Assembly (NCBI GenBank): GCA_963809485.1
Contig: CAWEJX010000020.1
Location: 992,001 to 1,056,000 of the forward strand
DNA from: an uncultured Acidobacteriota bacterium
Lineage (GTDB): Bacteria > Acidobacteriota > UBA6911
Reading direction: 5' to 3'
DNA length: 64,000 nucleotides
In this document: positions 50,511 through 60,925 of the stretch, piece by piece
Layout: each line of letters starts with the position of its first letter
Position numbering within the stretch: the first letter of the stretch is position 1
Program-made: the position numbers and the translations under genes
The notes under the pieces: generated by a model
The model's database searches: none
What the model saw: the letters and a program-made list of their open reading frames with translations, nothing else
What the model was told of the DNA's origin: nothing

Positions 50511-50665
50511 AATCTTTTGTTTTCAATGGGCCAAACGCAGTTCGTAATCAGTAGGTCCCCGGTTCAAGTCCGGGCGCTGGCTTCATGAAAACAAAAGAAT
50601 TATAACAATTCCAAGCATCCCAACAAAAGTCAAAATAGCAAATTTGGTTCCAATTTGGTTCCAAA
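50511..50665 (+). other. att junction: displaced tRNA-Thr 3' half with flanking inverted and direct repeats
   Basis: AATCTTTTGTTTTCAATG, core, CATGAAAACAAAAGAATT; AATTTGGTTCC twice at 50641-50662. Confidence 0.8.
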
Positions 50666-50759
50666 ATGCGCGAGCTCAGTTTGAGCCAACTGAACGTCCT
50701 GGCTAAAGCTCATAATAGAGGCTTTCCCTTCTTCCTGGATAAATCCGGCACCCTCTTGG

Positions 50760-50940
50760 AAGTAATCTTGTGGCGGAAACGCCCGCTGGCTGGCTTGGGC
50801 CGCAATCTCCTTACCGGTTCGAGGATCCAGTCCCTGGCGGAGAGATTCAAAGTGCTCCCGCATTTTTTCCCATGAAAGCCCAAGAAGCGCTGCTCCTCGC
50901 CATCTCCACATCCTTCTTGTTCAAGCCAGCTTACCGTTAC
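50760..50940 (-). pseudogene. HU/IHF-like DNA-binding protein remnant
   Basis: RQGLDPRTGKEI resembles the HU arm motif R-x-GRNP-x-TG-x-x-I; reading frames broken. Confidence 0.5.
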
Positions 50941-51129
50941 TTGATAGCCGCAAAACAGGAAACTGAAGAACCACGGGTTTCCTGTTTCGTGACGATGGGA
51001 CGACAGGGACGCTCCCCCTGGAATACCGGAGGCCGACACACAGATTACTTCTGCCTTACGGGACCCAAAGGGACGTTTGCGGCACAGGCGGCGGGAGGGG
51101 AATGCAAAAGGCGCTCCGACGGCTTGAAA

Positions 51130-51398
51130 CATGGAAGGGCCATGAAGATGGCGCAATGCACTCAATGCCGGCAAAACAGGTGAACTGGGCCAGGTCTTCC
51201 GTCCAGTCGCCGTAAACGATGACGAGGTGGTGCTCCAAGCCTTGATCCAGCATGCATTCCAGGAAGCGCAATGCAGAAGGTTCCACCCGCACCGTTGCGA
51301 CGGTCCCGCGGGCAGGGGAATCCGTCGGGATGGTTTCGCCGCGGCCCATAAATAATCGAACGCGGTCCCCATCGGGTCGAAGGAGCTTTTCGATTGTG
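51130..51398 (-). pseudogene. L-fucose/L-arabinose isomerase-like C-terminal remnant truncated by IS1
   Basis: RGTVATVR...GLEHHLVIVYGDW..DL....GIE. Confidence 0.6.
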
Positions 51399-51418
51399 GG
51401 TGCTTCCGCCGTCGACTC

Positions 51419-53762
51419 CAGGGCTCCGTCATAGTTACTCTAACTGATCTAAGATCAATAATTTGTTGAACCCTCTGGGAATTTTGTTTCGATTCTGATA
51501 CTGTGATGCCATGGTCCGGCTCGCACATGGTAAGAATCCTGTCCCAAGCACAGTCATTTTTCACTGTGCCTCTCGCAAGATCACGAAAGAGGATGTGCTG
51601 CAGATTCGACAGCTGATCGCCAGTCATCGCGATTGGAACCGGCAAAAACTTTCGGTGCAACTATGCAAATTGTGGAACTGGCGAAGGTCCGACGGAGCTC
51701 TGAACCATCGAACCTGCCGCGACCTGCTTGCGCGCCTGGAACGACAAGGACAGATCGAGCTGCCCGGCCGGAGGCGGAAGTACACGCGTAAGAAACTGCC
51801 GGACGTCATCCCGGAGCCTGCGCTGGAAATTCCTGCCGATGTCCATTTGGATCGGCTGCAGGTGCGTCCGATCACGCTCCAGGAACGACAGCGATGGTGC
51901 CAGTTGATGCGCCAGCACTACCTGGGATTTAAGAGCGTCGTTGGCGAATCGATCTGCTATGTAGCCACGATCGACGACCAATGGGTGGCGCTGCTGGCTT
52001 GGGGCATGGCGGCAATGAAGAACCGTCATCGTGAAGCTTGGATTGGCTGGGACGAGGCTTTGAAGTGGCGTCGGCTTCACTTGGTTGCCAACAACGTTCG
52101 TTTTTGGGTTCTTCCTGGAGCCCACATCAAAAACTTGGCTTCCAAGGTTCTGTCGCTCAACCTACGCCGCCTCAGTTCTGACTGGCAAGAGCGTTACGGG
52201 CATCCGATTTTGCTTGCTGAGACCTTTGTGGATCTCTCGCGGTTCAAGGCGACCTGCTACCGCGCGGCTGGCTGGATTCCATTGGGAGAGACTCGAGGAT
52301 TTGCCAGATCCGGCAACGGGTATTCTTCCCATGGGCAGCCAAAGATGTTGTTCGTGCGTCCGCTGCATCCCGATACGCAGAGAATGCTGGCAGCAGCATT
52401 CTCCCCTCCGGTGGTAGCAAATCGAAAGGAGAAGATTCCAGTGTTCGACGTCCATCGGCTTCCTATTGAAGGGGAGGATGGCCTCCTGGATGTGTTGAGA
52501 ACGGTTGTGGATCCCCGCAAGCGCCGGGGCATACGGCATCCGCTGATTAGTATCCTGGCCATTGCAGTATGTGCTTGCCTTTCTGGGGCGCGGAGTTTCG
52601 AGGCCATCGCCGAGTGGGCGAGCGAACTATCTCGGGACGCGCTCAAACGTCTGGGAGGCAAGCGCAGCAAGGCTCCCTCGGAAAAATGCTTTCGCATAAC
52701 CTTGCAGCGCCTGGATGCTGCTGGATTCGACGCCGCGATCTGCAGTTGGCTGGCGCGGCAGAAGGTTTTCGCAGGCGAAGGCATCGCATTGGACGGCAAG
52801 ACGCTCCGTGGCGCCCATGATGGAGACAAGCCGGCTCCCCACCTGCTCAGTGCCGTGCTTCATCGGGAGGGAGTCATCGTGGCCCAGGTAGCCGTCGGGG
52901 AGAAGACCAACGAAATTCCCCGCGTTAAGCCGTTGCTGGCAGAGTTGAACATCGAAGGTGCCGTGGTTACGGCGGATGCAATGCATACTCAGAAAGAAAC
53001 CGCCCGCTTCTTGGTGGAAGACAAAAAGGCCGATTATGTATTTACGGTCAAAGACAACCAACCCACTCTCCTGCAGGACATCGTAGACCTCGGACTCGAG
53101 GCTCTCCCCCCCTCAGCACATTGATGTGACCAAAGGGCATGGCCGTATTGAGACCCGCAGTATTCGGACCAGCACGGAACTGAACGGCTACATCGATTTC
53201 CCTTATGCCGGACAAGTTTTTTTCCTGCATCGGTTCACGACCGACCTCAAAGGGAACGAACTCCGGTCGGAATTATCCTATGGAATCAGTAGCCTCTCCC
53301 CTGAAGAGGCTGGGCCTGCACGGCTGCTTGAACTCAACCGTATGCACTGGTCGATCGAAAATGGCATTCACTGGGTCCGTGATGTGACTTTCGATGAAGA
53401 CCGCTCGCGAGTTCGCAAGAATGGAGGCCCTCAAGTGATGGCAACCTTACGCAACCTGGTAATCAGCGTGCTGCGCATGGCAGGAACGAGGTACATCGCG
53501 AAAGGACTCCGGCGCTGCTCGTGGGATAGAAACCGAACCTTTCGGCTTATCGGCCTTACCAGCGCCTAACCACGTTTCTTCCCAGTCCACCCCGAATAAC
53601 TCGATTATCCGGTATGCGGAAGTGTGTGCACGAAGTGCCTATGAAATGGCGTTTTGGCGATTTTGTCGGCCCGATGTGAGCTGATCAGGAGAAATCAATG
53701 CTCGAAATCGACCAAGGTTGCCCAGGGGGGGCCAGCCTCCCCGCGACTTTGCCGTAGCCTTG
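51419..53762 (+). mobile_element. ISAs1 family element encoding a DUF4338-transposase fusion
   Basis: IRs CAGGGCTCCGTCATAGT and CAAGGCTACGGCAAAGT; target duplication CCGTCGACT(C/G). Confidence 0.88.
51511..53569 (+). CDS. DUF4338 (DruA-like)-ISAs1 transposase fusion, frameshift at C-run ~53105
   Basis: NNVRF, LAETFVD and CYRAAGW (DUF4338); DPRKRRGIRH, LDGKTLRG, KTNEIP, TADAMHTQ; second ORF has GHGRIETR and HWSIEN. Confidence 0.88.
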
Positions 53763-53861
53763 CCGTCGACTGTTGGCAGCGCGACCGTAACTCCCACACA
53801 TGATATAGTTTGAGACTCAATTCCATGCAATCAGTTCCATCATTGACACGGTTCAAAAACA

Positions 53862-54917
53862 ATGAAGAGTCTCAGCTGCCCAAACAGGGAATGTCCACTG
53901 GCGGGAAAAGCCGCTTTCGGAAACATCATCGGCCACGGATTCTACAAAACCAAGTGGGGGCGTCGTCGTCGATATCGTTGCGGCACTTGCGGCAAAACTT
54001 TCTGCTCCAATTCCGGAACACCCTACCATCGAATCCAACACCGACGTACAACTTTCGATGATGTTGTCAATCTCAGCGTTGAGGGACTGAACAAGTCCGC
54101 GATTGCTCGGGTAAAGCGCATTGCTTGGAATACCGTCAATCGCTGGCTCGAAAAAGCAGCCGCTTCTTGTCACCGTTTCAACGATCAAAAGATAGATAGG
54201 GTCGCCATCTCAGAGCTTCAGGCAGATGAGATTCGTACTTTCATCCGCGGCAAGGAACAGCCGATTTGGATCTTTGCCGCGATTGAGGTCTGGTCCCGGC
54301 TTTGGCCTTCAACAGTCGTTGGAAGACGAAGCTATCGAAACACACTTACCCTCTTTCGAGATATCTCCAGTCGATCCAATCTGGTGCGTGTCCCTCTAAT
54401 TGCCACGGACGGATTTGCTTTTTATGCGAAAGTTGTCCGCCGTGTCTTTGGGCAAGCGTGTTTGTATGGCCAGGTCATTAAAACCCGCAGGAACGATTGT
54501 GTTATCAAAGTTGAGCGAAGAGCCGTGATCGGCGCTGCCTGGCGATTCGAACAGGCATTGCGCGACTCCGAGGATTCCTCGAAGCTGAACACCTCCTTTA
54601 TCGAACGGCTGAATCTGACGATCCGACAGGGCTCGGCGTATCTTTGTCGGCGGACGATATGTCAGGCACGATGGAAGGAACGTCTCGAAGATCATCTCGA
54701 GTTGCTTCGCTGCTATTACAATTTCGTCAGGCCTCACAGGGCGCTGAAATTCGGACGCGAGGTCCGGACACCGGCCATGCAGGCCGGATTGGTCTCCAAA
54801 CGACTCAGCTTCAGGGAGGTATTCATGGCTGATCAGCGGCGAATTCTTTTTGTGATCATTTTTATTTACGTAAAGGCAGCTTTAAGTAGAGTCAGAGAAC
54901 AGAAAATGGCAGCGTAA
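53862..54917 (+). CDS. IS1 family transposase (single ORF, Zn ribbon-HTH-DDE)
   Basis: CPNREC/CGTC, QADEIRTF, ATDG and NTSFIERLNLTIRQ motifs. Confidence 0.88.
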   Translation: MKSLSCPNRECPLAGKAAFGNIIGHGFYKTKWGRRRRYRCGTCGKTFCSNSGTPYHRIQHRRTTFDDVVNLSVEGLNKSAIARVKRIAWNTVNRWLEKAAASCHRFNDQKIDRVAISELQADEIRTFIRGKEQPIWIFAAIEVWSRLWPSTVVGRRSYRNTLTLFRDISSRSNLVRVPLIATDGFAFYAKVVRRVFGQACLYGQVIKTRRNDCVIKVERRAVIGAAWRFEQALRDSEDSSKLNTSFIERLNLTIRQGSAYLCRRTICQARWKERLEDHLELLRCYYNFVRPHRALKFGREVRTPAMQAGLVSKRLSFREVFMADQRRILFVIIFIYVKAALSRVREQKMAA

Positions 54918-55084
54918 CAACAGTAGATGACGGAAGGACCAGATGTTTTGGAATCTTCCAACAAGTTCGAGTTTTCTTTCACAACAGTAATTCCAGGATT
55001 TTATCCAATGGTTGACCGGGTTCAAGCACACATTTCCCTAAGGATGCTGACTTTTGCGCATCCAGCAAAGCTGTGTATCTATCA

Positions 55085-55215
55085 GAAACCGTCGGCATCA
55101 CGATGGCTGACATCTCCATCTTGAAAAACGGCAAAGCGATCCGGCTGTCAATCCTCGAATCGATATGCAAAGCATTGTAGTGCCAGCCTGAAGATATTTT
55201 GGAATATAATTCTAT
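55085..55215 (+). pseudogene. Cro/C1-type (YozG-like) HTH regulator remnant
   Basis: GITMADISILKNGKAIRLSILESICKAL*CQPEDILEY, with an internal stop. Confidence 0.7.
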
Positions 55216-55556
55216 CGACCGAGGATAAGTGTTGCTTGAGCGCCTATAGCCAGAAAACAAATATCCAACAGGGTAAATCATTGGATGTCAAAGCGGATAA
55301 TTTGAATTGGTGTTACAATAGCTGAGATCATGGAAGGAATTTTCTGCCTTGCACAAACTGGTCATTGATATGGATCCATGCGATTCGCCTGATGCACATA
55401 GTGTCTTTGTTCCCTGCGGTTGTGGCAGACCGAATGGGAGGACCAGCTCATTACGGCATCATGGGTGACCTGAAGGTTAACCTTTACTGGATAATGTAAA
55501 TCAAAAAACGATTGGACAGCCGATGTTTCGATCATGTTCTCAAAGGAGAGACAGTA

Positions 55557-56623
55557 TGAGGCCAAAAGAAAACAACACGACGCGAAGAGAGTTTGTGAGG
55601 AATGCAACGATCGGCGCAACGGGAATAAGCATCATGGGTACGCTTGCAGCAGCTGGCCAGGAACCTAAAGCTCGTAAGCCTGCACCTACCCAAGGACCTA
55701 GAGGTGTTTTGCCCCATGTTCCGGATGGCACAAAATACGGACACTTGATCAAGAGAATGAATCTCCCGGATAAGCCGAATTACGACCATCCCAAAATGCC
55801 GGGAAATAATGATGCCATGGCATGGCCGAGAGGTGATGAACTGGAGGGAATCAATATCAATCTCTCGTGGGGGCACTATAGCCAGGTCGGGCTCTGGCAG
55901 CCCTGGGAACCGGGAGGGCATTACCATCCATCGGGCGATGAATGCCTCATTTTTGTGGGGCTGGACGCCAGCCGTCCGGAATACTTGGGAGCAGAATGCG
56001 AGTTTGATGCGGGGACGGAATATGAAAGATATATATTTCGTGTCCCCACCATATGCTGTTGGCCCAAAAACGTTGTTCACCTCCCCCAGTGGACCTTGAA
56101 GAACGAAAAACCTTTTGCATTCATCGTATGCAGCCTGGAAGGCGGACATGATACCGTAGAATTGCCCAAAAGAAGCGTACTGGAAACGACGGAGGGGACC
56201 AAATACAGGCACCTATATAAGACAATGGTTTTCCGGAAGGACATAAAGGCTAAGACCGGGCCCGGCAATGCAGATGCGCTCGCCTGGCTCATGGGCAAAG
56301 ATCTGGAGAATTTCAATGCTAATTTTGCCTTCGGATACTATAGTGCAACAGGCGATTGGGGAGCCAAGACCCACAAACACGCCAGCGATCAAGTTCTGGC
56401 TTTTGTGGGTCTTGACGATAAAAGGCCAAACTATTTGGGGGCGGAAATCGAGATATCGCTCGGCGAAGAACAGGAAAAGCATATAATCAGTGTCCCGTCA
56501 TTCGTCATATGTAAAGCGGGATTCTCCCATGGCCCGATAGTCACAAAGAAAGTCGACAGACCCTTCGGACTTTATTCGGTTCGTCAGGATAAGGGGGATG
56601 CCTCGGAAACAAATCCGGCGTAG
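55557..56623 (+). CDS. Tat-exported protein with two tandem cupin-like repeats
   Basis: TRKEF/TRREF-type Tat motif; duplicated H-x-H-x-x-D...FVGLD..RP.YLGAE.E...G.E.E...H.P unit. Confidence 0.75.
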
Positions 56624-57306
56624 GGCATTGTCGTTTTAATTATCGACGGAATGCGGATGGGGCATTTGGGGAGGGAGCGCCGGACCTGGGAACAGAAGTC
56701 CGGCTACCTCCCCGGAATAGGCGGGAGATCACTCAACGATATTAATAGAATGCGCGATCTCCCGCGGACCGCCGGAGCCGAAACTCCGTGATATCTCACC
56801 AACTCCCACTAAAAACCAAAATGGCAGACCGGGCAGCAGGTTGGTTCCAATACGCGTGAACCCATCACAGGTGCGGATCCCATATTGCCACTCCTTAACC
56901 TCGCCCTCGCATCTTCCATTCGGCGCCAATCCGGGTCCAACTCCTGAACCTCTGCTCCTAAAGCTCAGGTGCTTTTCAACCGATCTCCTCGAGTCTGAAC
57001 ACAGCCTCAGAACCAGATTGTCAATTTTTGTTCCATGTTTCAGAATATTGTCGGTTTGTTTATCGGGATTTTTTCCCTGAATACCGGGCCGGCCCGGAAC
57101 AAGGAACCGTGTGAGACGTTCGCCTATTTCCATTTTACATCGTGCGCTCTATTCCGTGAAAGCGCGCGCGTCAGGAATCGGTAGTGCCGACAGGGCTTCC
57201 CCTGGAGTGTCCGCGAGTGCGCATTTGCGCACCCGGAACCAGTGTCGATGGCTGACGCGGATGAAGTGTTCTTGATTCCGTCAAGGTAATGTATCAATAA
57301 TCGGTT

Positions 57307-57615
57307 ATGCATACAGGATTAAGGTGGGGATTTGTCTTCCTGTCGGGGAAGTCAGACCTGTCCGATGACGAAAGGCTCAAACTCGTCGGCGTTGCCGCGG
57401 ATATGTATTTTGGCGGGGCTAAGGAGCGGCAGGTCTCCATGGATGGATACCGAGGACTGGTCTCCACCAAAAGCGAATGGTCGGTTCTCGGATGCTTTTC
57501 CGGCCAGGTGTTCTATGCCGAGATTTGGCCTGAAGACGGCAAAGAAAAAACGAAGCTGAGCTTTCTCATCAGCGAACAAACCTATGGGCTAGGAAGGTCC
57601 TATTCCATGAACTAA
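57307..57615 (+). CDS. Hypothetical protein
   Basis: Compact protein-like ORF; no family recognised. Confidence 0.5.
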   Translation: MHTGLRWGFVFLSGKSDLSDDERLKLVGVAADMYFGGAKERQVSMDGYRGLVSTKSEWSVLGCFSGQVFYAEIWPEDGKEKTKLSFLISEQTYGLGRSYSMN

Positions 57616-57996
57616 GCTCTCCGGATAGAGCCAGATTTCAAAATAGCCGACCTGGTTTGCATCCAATGCTGCGCTTGTCCATAAGGATCCGGGCAATTGC
57701 TCGATACGTCCAACCGTGGCTGCACCGTTCTCTGATAAGCCCGCCGTATGGATCCGGCAGGGAGCGTGCCGGCTTTTCATGGACTTCCGGCATGCGCGCT
57801 GACAATACCCACATTCCTTCGCGAAGCCGTGCATCCGACGGTTCGCGGCGAAGCCGATGAAGGAACCGCAGCCCGCTCTCAGGGTTCAACCTCACAAGTC
57901 TGTCCCTGAAGCCTTCGCCTCGGATTGGGGGCCTCCGCTCTGTGGGGGACGCGGCCGAATTTCGAGTTTTAAGCGAAGAAGCGCGGTGCCAGTTTC

Positions 57997-58170
57997 CTAT
58001 TCGTTCTTGCTCTCCGCAATTTCGATCGCTTCAAGGATTAGCTCTCCGCCGTTCCCAGGAAGCGGTTTCGCTCGCTTGCGGGCTTCCCGCGCATCGCGTT
58101 TCTCGAGAGCATGCGCGTTTCGTTTCTGTTCCTTCAATCTCTTGAGATAAGACGGCCTCTTGGCAGCCAT
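57997..58170 (-). CDS. Small basic protein
   Basis: RBS GAGGAG; MAAKRPSYLKRLKEQKR...; follows the DEAD-box gene. Confidence 0.65.
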   Translation of the reverse strand: MAAKRPSYLKRLKEQKRNAHALEKRDAREARKRAKPLPGNGGELILEAIEIAESKNE

Positions 58171-58187
58171 GGTGTTCTCCTCTCTGT

Positions 58188-59420
58188 TTAGTGCCGTACT
58201 CGCGAGCGCCGCCTGAACGGACCCGCACTGATCCTGAAATTCCTGCAGCGGCTCGCGGGCGGGGAATTGGATGGGTGATATGTTTCGAAGCCGTCCGCTG
58301 ACGCGGGAGCAAAACCGGGCAAACATCTCCGTTGAATGGATCTTCCCAGAGTTCTCTCGATTTGCCGCACAATCGGTTCGTCCGCCTGAATCGTGAATGT
58401 GAACGCTTCTCCAGTGCTTTCCGCTCTTCCGGTGCGCCCGATTCTATGAGTGTAGGCATCCACAGTGTCGGGCATATCAAAGTTGATGACATGGGAAATC
58501 TCCGATATGTCGATTCCTCGAGCCGCAATGTCGGTGGCGACCAATATGTCGTATTTCCCTGCCCTGAATCCGTCAATTGCCGATTGCCTGCGGTTCTGCG
58601 CCATATCCCCCTGAAGTTCGGACACCCGATAACCGTTCTTTGACAGGTTGCAGGCGAGCCTGGATGCTCGCCGCTTAGTTCTGGTGAATACTAAAACCCT
58701 TCCGGTAGGGGTTTCCTTCAAGACTGATAAGAGCAGCTGCGGCTTCAGCGCTTCCGAAACCGGATACAGCGCATGCGAAACCGTATTCACCGGCGCGATG
58801 GTTCCGACCTGTACATGAACGGGATCCTTGAGAATACTGTTTGCCAGCCGGCGGATATCGGGCGGCATCGTTGCCGAAAACAGGAGTGTCTGACGCTTGA
58901 CCGGGAGATAAAGGAGTATCCGGCGAATATCCGGAAGAAATCCCATATCACATAGGCGATCGGCCTCATCCATGACGAAAATCTCAATGGAGGAAAGGTC
59001 CACGTCTCCTTGCTCGGCCAAATCGAGAAGACGGCCGGGGCATGCAACAACAATTTCGACGCCACGCTGCAGGTTGCGGATCTGCGCATTCCTGCTCATT
59101 CCGCCATAAATTGTGGCACTGGAAATTCTGCTCTCTCCACAAAGGTCCGCTATGGACTGATGCACCTGCTCGGCCAGCTCCCGGGTGGGTTCTATAATCA
59201 AAACTCGCGGCTTTCGTGACCGTTTGTCATTTAGATGCTGCAGAATGGGGAGGACGAAAGCGGCAGTTTTCCCGGTTCCGGTCTGTGCAAGTCCTAAAAC
59301 GTCCCGGCCCTGCAGCACCAGCGGTATGGCCTCCTTTTGTATTGGGGTGGGGCGGCAGAATCCCGCAGCCCGAATGGCGTCCCTTATATTTGAGGCAAAA
59401 GCAAATTGATCAAAATTCAA
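58188..59420 (-). CDS. DEAD-box RNA helicase (RhlE-like)
   Basis: PTPIQ, AQTGTGKT, PTRELA, DEAD, SAT, ARGID and HRIGRTGR motifs. Confidence 0.95.
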   Translation of the reverse strand: MNFDQFAFASNIRDAIRAAGFCRPTPIQKEAIPLVLQGRDVLGLAQTGTGKTAAFVLPILQHLNDKRSRKPRVLIIEPTRELAEQVHQSIADLCGESRISSATIYGGMSRNAQIRNLQRGVEIVVACPGRLLDLAEQGDVDLSSIEIFVMDEADRLCDMGFLPDIRRILLYLPVKRQTLLFSATMPPDIRRLANSILKDPVHVQVGTIAPVNTVSHALYPVSEALKPQLLLSVLKETPTGRVLVFTRTKRRASRLACNLSKNGYRVSELQGDMAQNRRQSAIDGFRAGKYDILVATDIAARGIDISEISHVINFDMPDTVDAYTHRIGRTGRAESTGEAFTFTIQADEPIVRQIERTLGRSIQRRCLPGFAPASADGFETYHPSNSPPASRCRNFRISAGPFRRRSRVRH

Positions 59421-59583
59421 CAAACAGATACTCCCTGATGAATGAGCCAAGCCGCACTCTCGACCCAAATTGGATTGCATATTCACTTCACCGGATGCGG
59501 CACGGAATGCGAAGCATGAAAACTACGGCAGGCAGAGAAGAGAAAATAAAAATTCCATTTCTTAACCAAGCAGGTGCAAGCAA

Positions 59584-59904
59584 CTAGAGCGGCCGATTTG
59601 TTTTTCCATGCATCTTCACATTCGGGTGAAAAGCACGATAGTTTGCGATGTCCGACTCGCCGATGGGGATGTCATCCTCAGACTGCCCGGCAGTTGCGTC
59701 CCGGAGATATGCCAATACCTTTTGATAGCATAGATCCGGCGCTTCCTGGACCATCAGCTTCCTGGTTAGAAAAACGGAGTTCTCGATAGTCACGACGAGC
59801 AGCCGCACGGTCTTGTCTGGATTTTCTATCCGGAAGCCATACTCCGAATGCTCCGGTTTGGGAATCGTCCCAAGATATCTCAACTGCGGATAAAGAATCG
59901 CCAT
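59584..59904 (-). CDS. Hypothetical protein of the cold-shock cassette
   Basis: Protein-like ORF (..QEAPDLCYQK..) co-oriented in the cassette. Confidence 0.65.
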   Translation of the reverse strand: MAILYPQLRYLGTIPKPEHSEYGFRIENPDKTVRLLVVTIENSVFLTRKLMVQEAPDLCYQKVLAYLRDATAGQSEDDIPIGESDIANYRAFHPNVKMHGKTNRPL

Positions 59905-60010
59905 TGGGCTTATGTCCTTTCAAGGCTGTGGACACCCCGAGCCTTTGAACCCTCGAGGCTACTGCTGAAACCGCTATCTAACGGCCGGCTCCCCCGGCAA
60001 TCGGCGTCTG

Positions 60011-60220
60011 TTAGCGGCGTTTTCGCTTCTGAAACTGACTTTTCGATCTGCTGCGATAGGGCGGCTGATTTTGATTGTCTCCCGGCACACTGACATTCGC
60101 CAGCGGGATCCGGTTGCCGCACCGGGAGCAGTGATAGTTGTTGCGTTGCAGAGCCATGACGGGAACGCGTGATTGGGAACCGCACTTGGGGCAGGTTACA
60201 AATGCTTCACCTCGTGCCAT
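60011..60220 (-). CDS. Small zinc-ribbon protein with basic tail
   Basis: CPKC...CSRC; RBS GAAGG. Confidence 0.7.
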   Translation of the reverse strand: MARGEAFVTCPKCGSQSRVPVMALQRNNYHCSRCGNRIPLANVSVPGDNQNQPPYRSRSKSQFQKRKRR

Positions 60221-60425
60221 ACTTTTATACCTTCTCTCTCACGAGCTTACAGCCGGTCCGAGGAAGCTTCCGTTGCGCTCGGGATAACGGTTGGACTTCA
60301 AAACAACCTTGGTATGACCTTTGGGTGGAGCCTGCACCGCCTGGCACACTTCCCGGGAGGGATCTCCTGATTTGAGAAGTCAGAGGCTCCGGTCATCCGG
60401 AGCCCCATGATAGGATTCAGCCAAT

Positions 60426-60629
60426 CTACAGCTTCATTACATTTTGAGCTTGCAGTCCCTTGGGGCCTTTTGCCGTCTCAAATTCAACGCTGTCGCCTTC
60501 AGCAAGGGACTTGAAGCCGCTACCCTGGATGGCGGAGTGATGGACAAAGACGTCATCACCGGAATTACGGCTGATAAAACCATAGCCTTTTTCGTTGTTA
60601 AACCACTTAACTGTTCCTTGTTCTTTCAT
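60426..60629 (-). CDS. cspA: Cold-shock protein
   Basis: [24 protein letters not shown] and GPKGLQA motifs. Confidence 0.97.
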   Translation of the reverse strand: MKEQGTVKWFNNEKGYGFISRNSGDDVFVHHSAIQGSGFKSLAEGDSVEFETAKGPKGLQAQNVMKL

Positions 60630-60925
60630 CTGTTTTCCTAAATCTAATGTCCCTCAATTGGGACTTTTTTGTAATTTTGATTTCCGTAATCCTTCGCAGG
60701 TTTATCGAGCATAAAAAAAGCTGCTTTCCCCTTCAGGAGTCTGCAGCGTCCTCAATCAACGAAGTCTTACAAAAACCCTACCGAGCTTTCAAGTATACCC
60801 CATTCCAGTCAGAAACTCTAGGAATTGTTTTGGCAGCCGGTTTCCCAGTGCAGCGGCATCCGCGCCCCAAGCTCAACCGAGGCATCGGCCGGAGGGAGGC
60901 CCGCGGATTCCGAAAGGCTCTCGAT

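Larger units (their letters stand above)
51399..54940 (+). mobile_element. IS1-family element whose left IR is interrupted by an ISAs1
   Basis: Left IR starts GGTGCTTCCGCCGTCGAC (51399) and resumes at 53763; right end GTAGATGACGGAAGGACC. Confidence 0.82.

Noticed and set aside
50541-50584. Second tRNA gene
   Set aside because: Only the 3' half is present, with no D-arm or 5' acceptor strand; it is an att site.
51511-52400. Druantia defence system
   Set aside because: Only a DUF4338 domain fused to a transposase; no DruE helicase or other dru genes.
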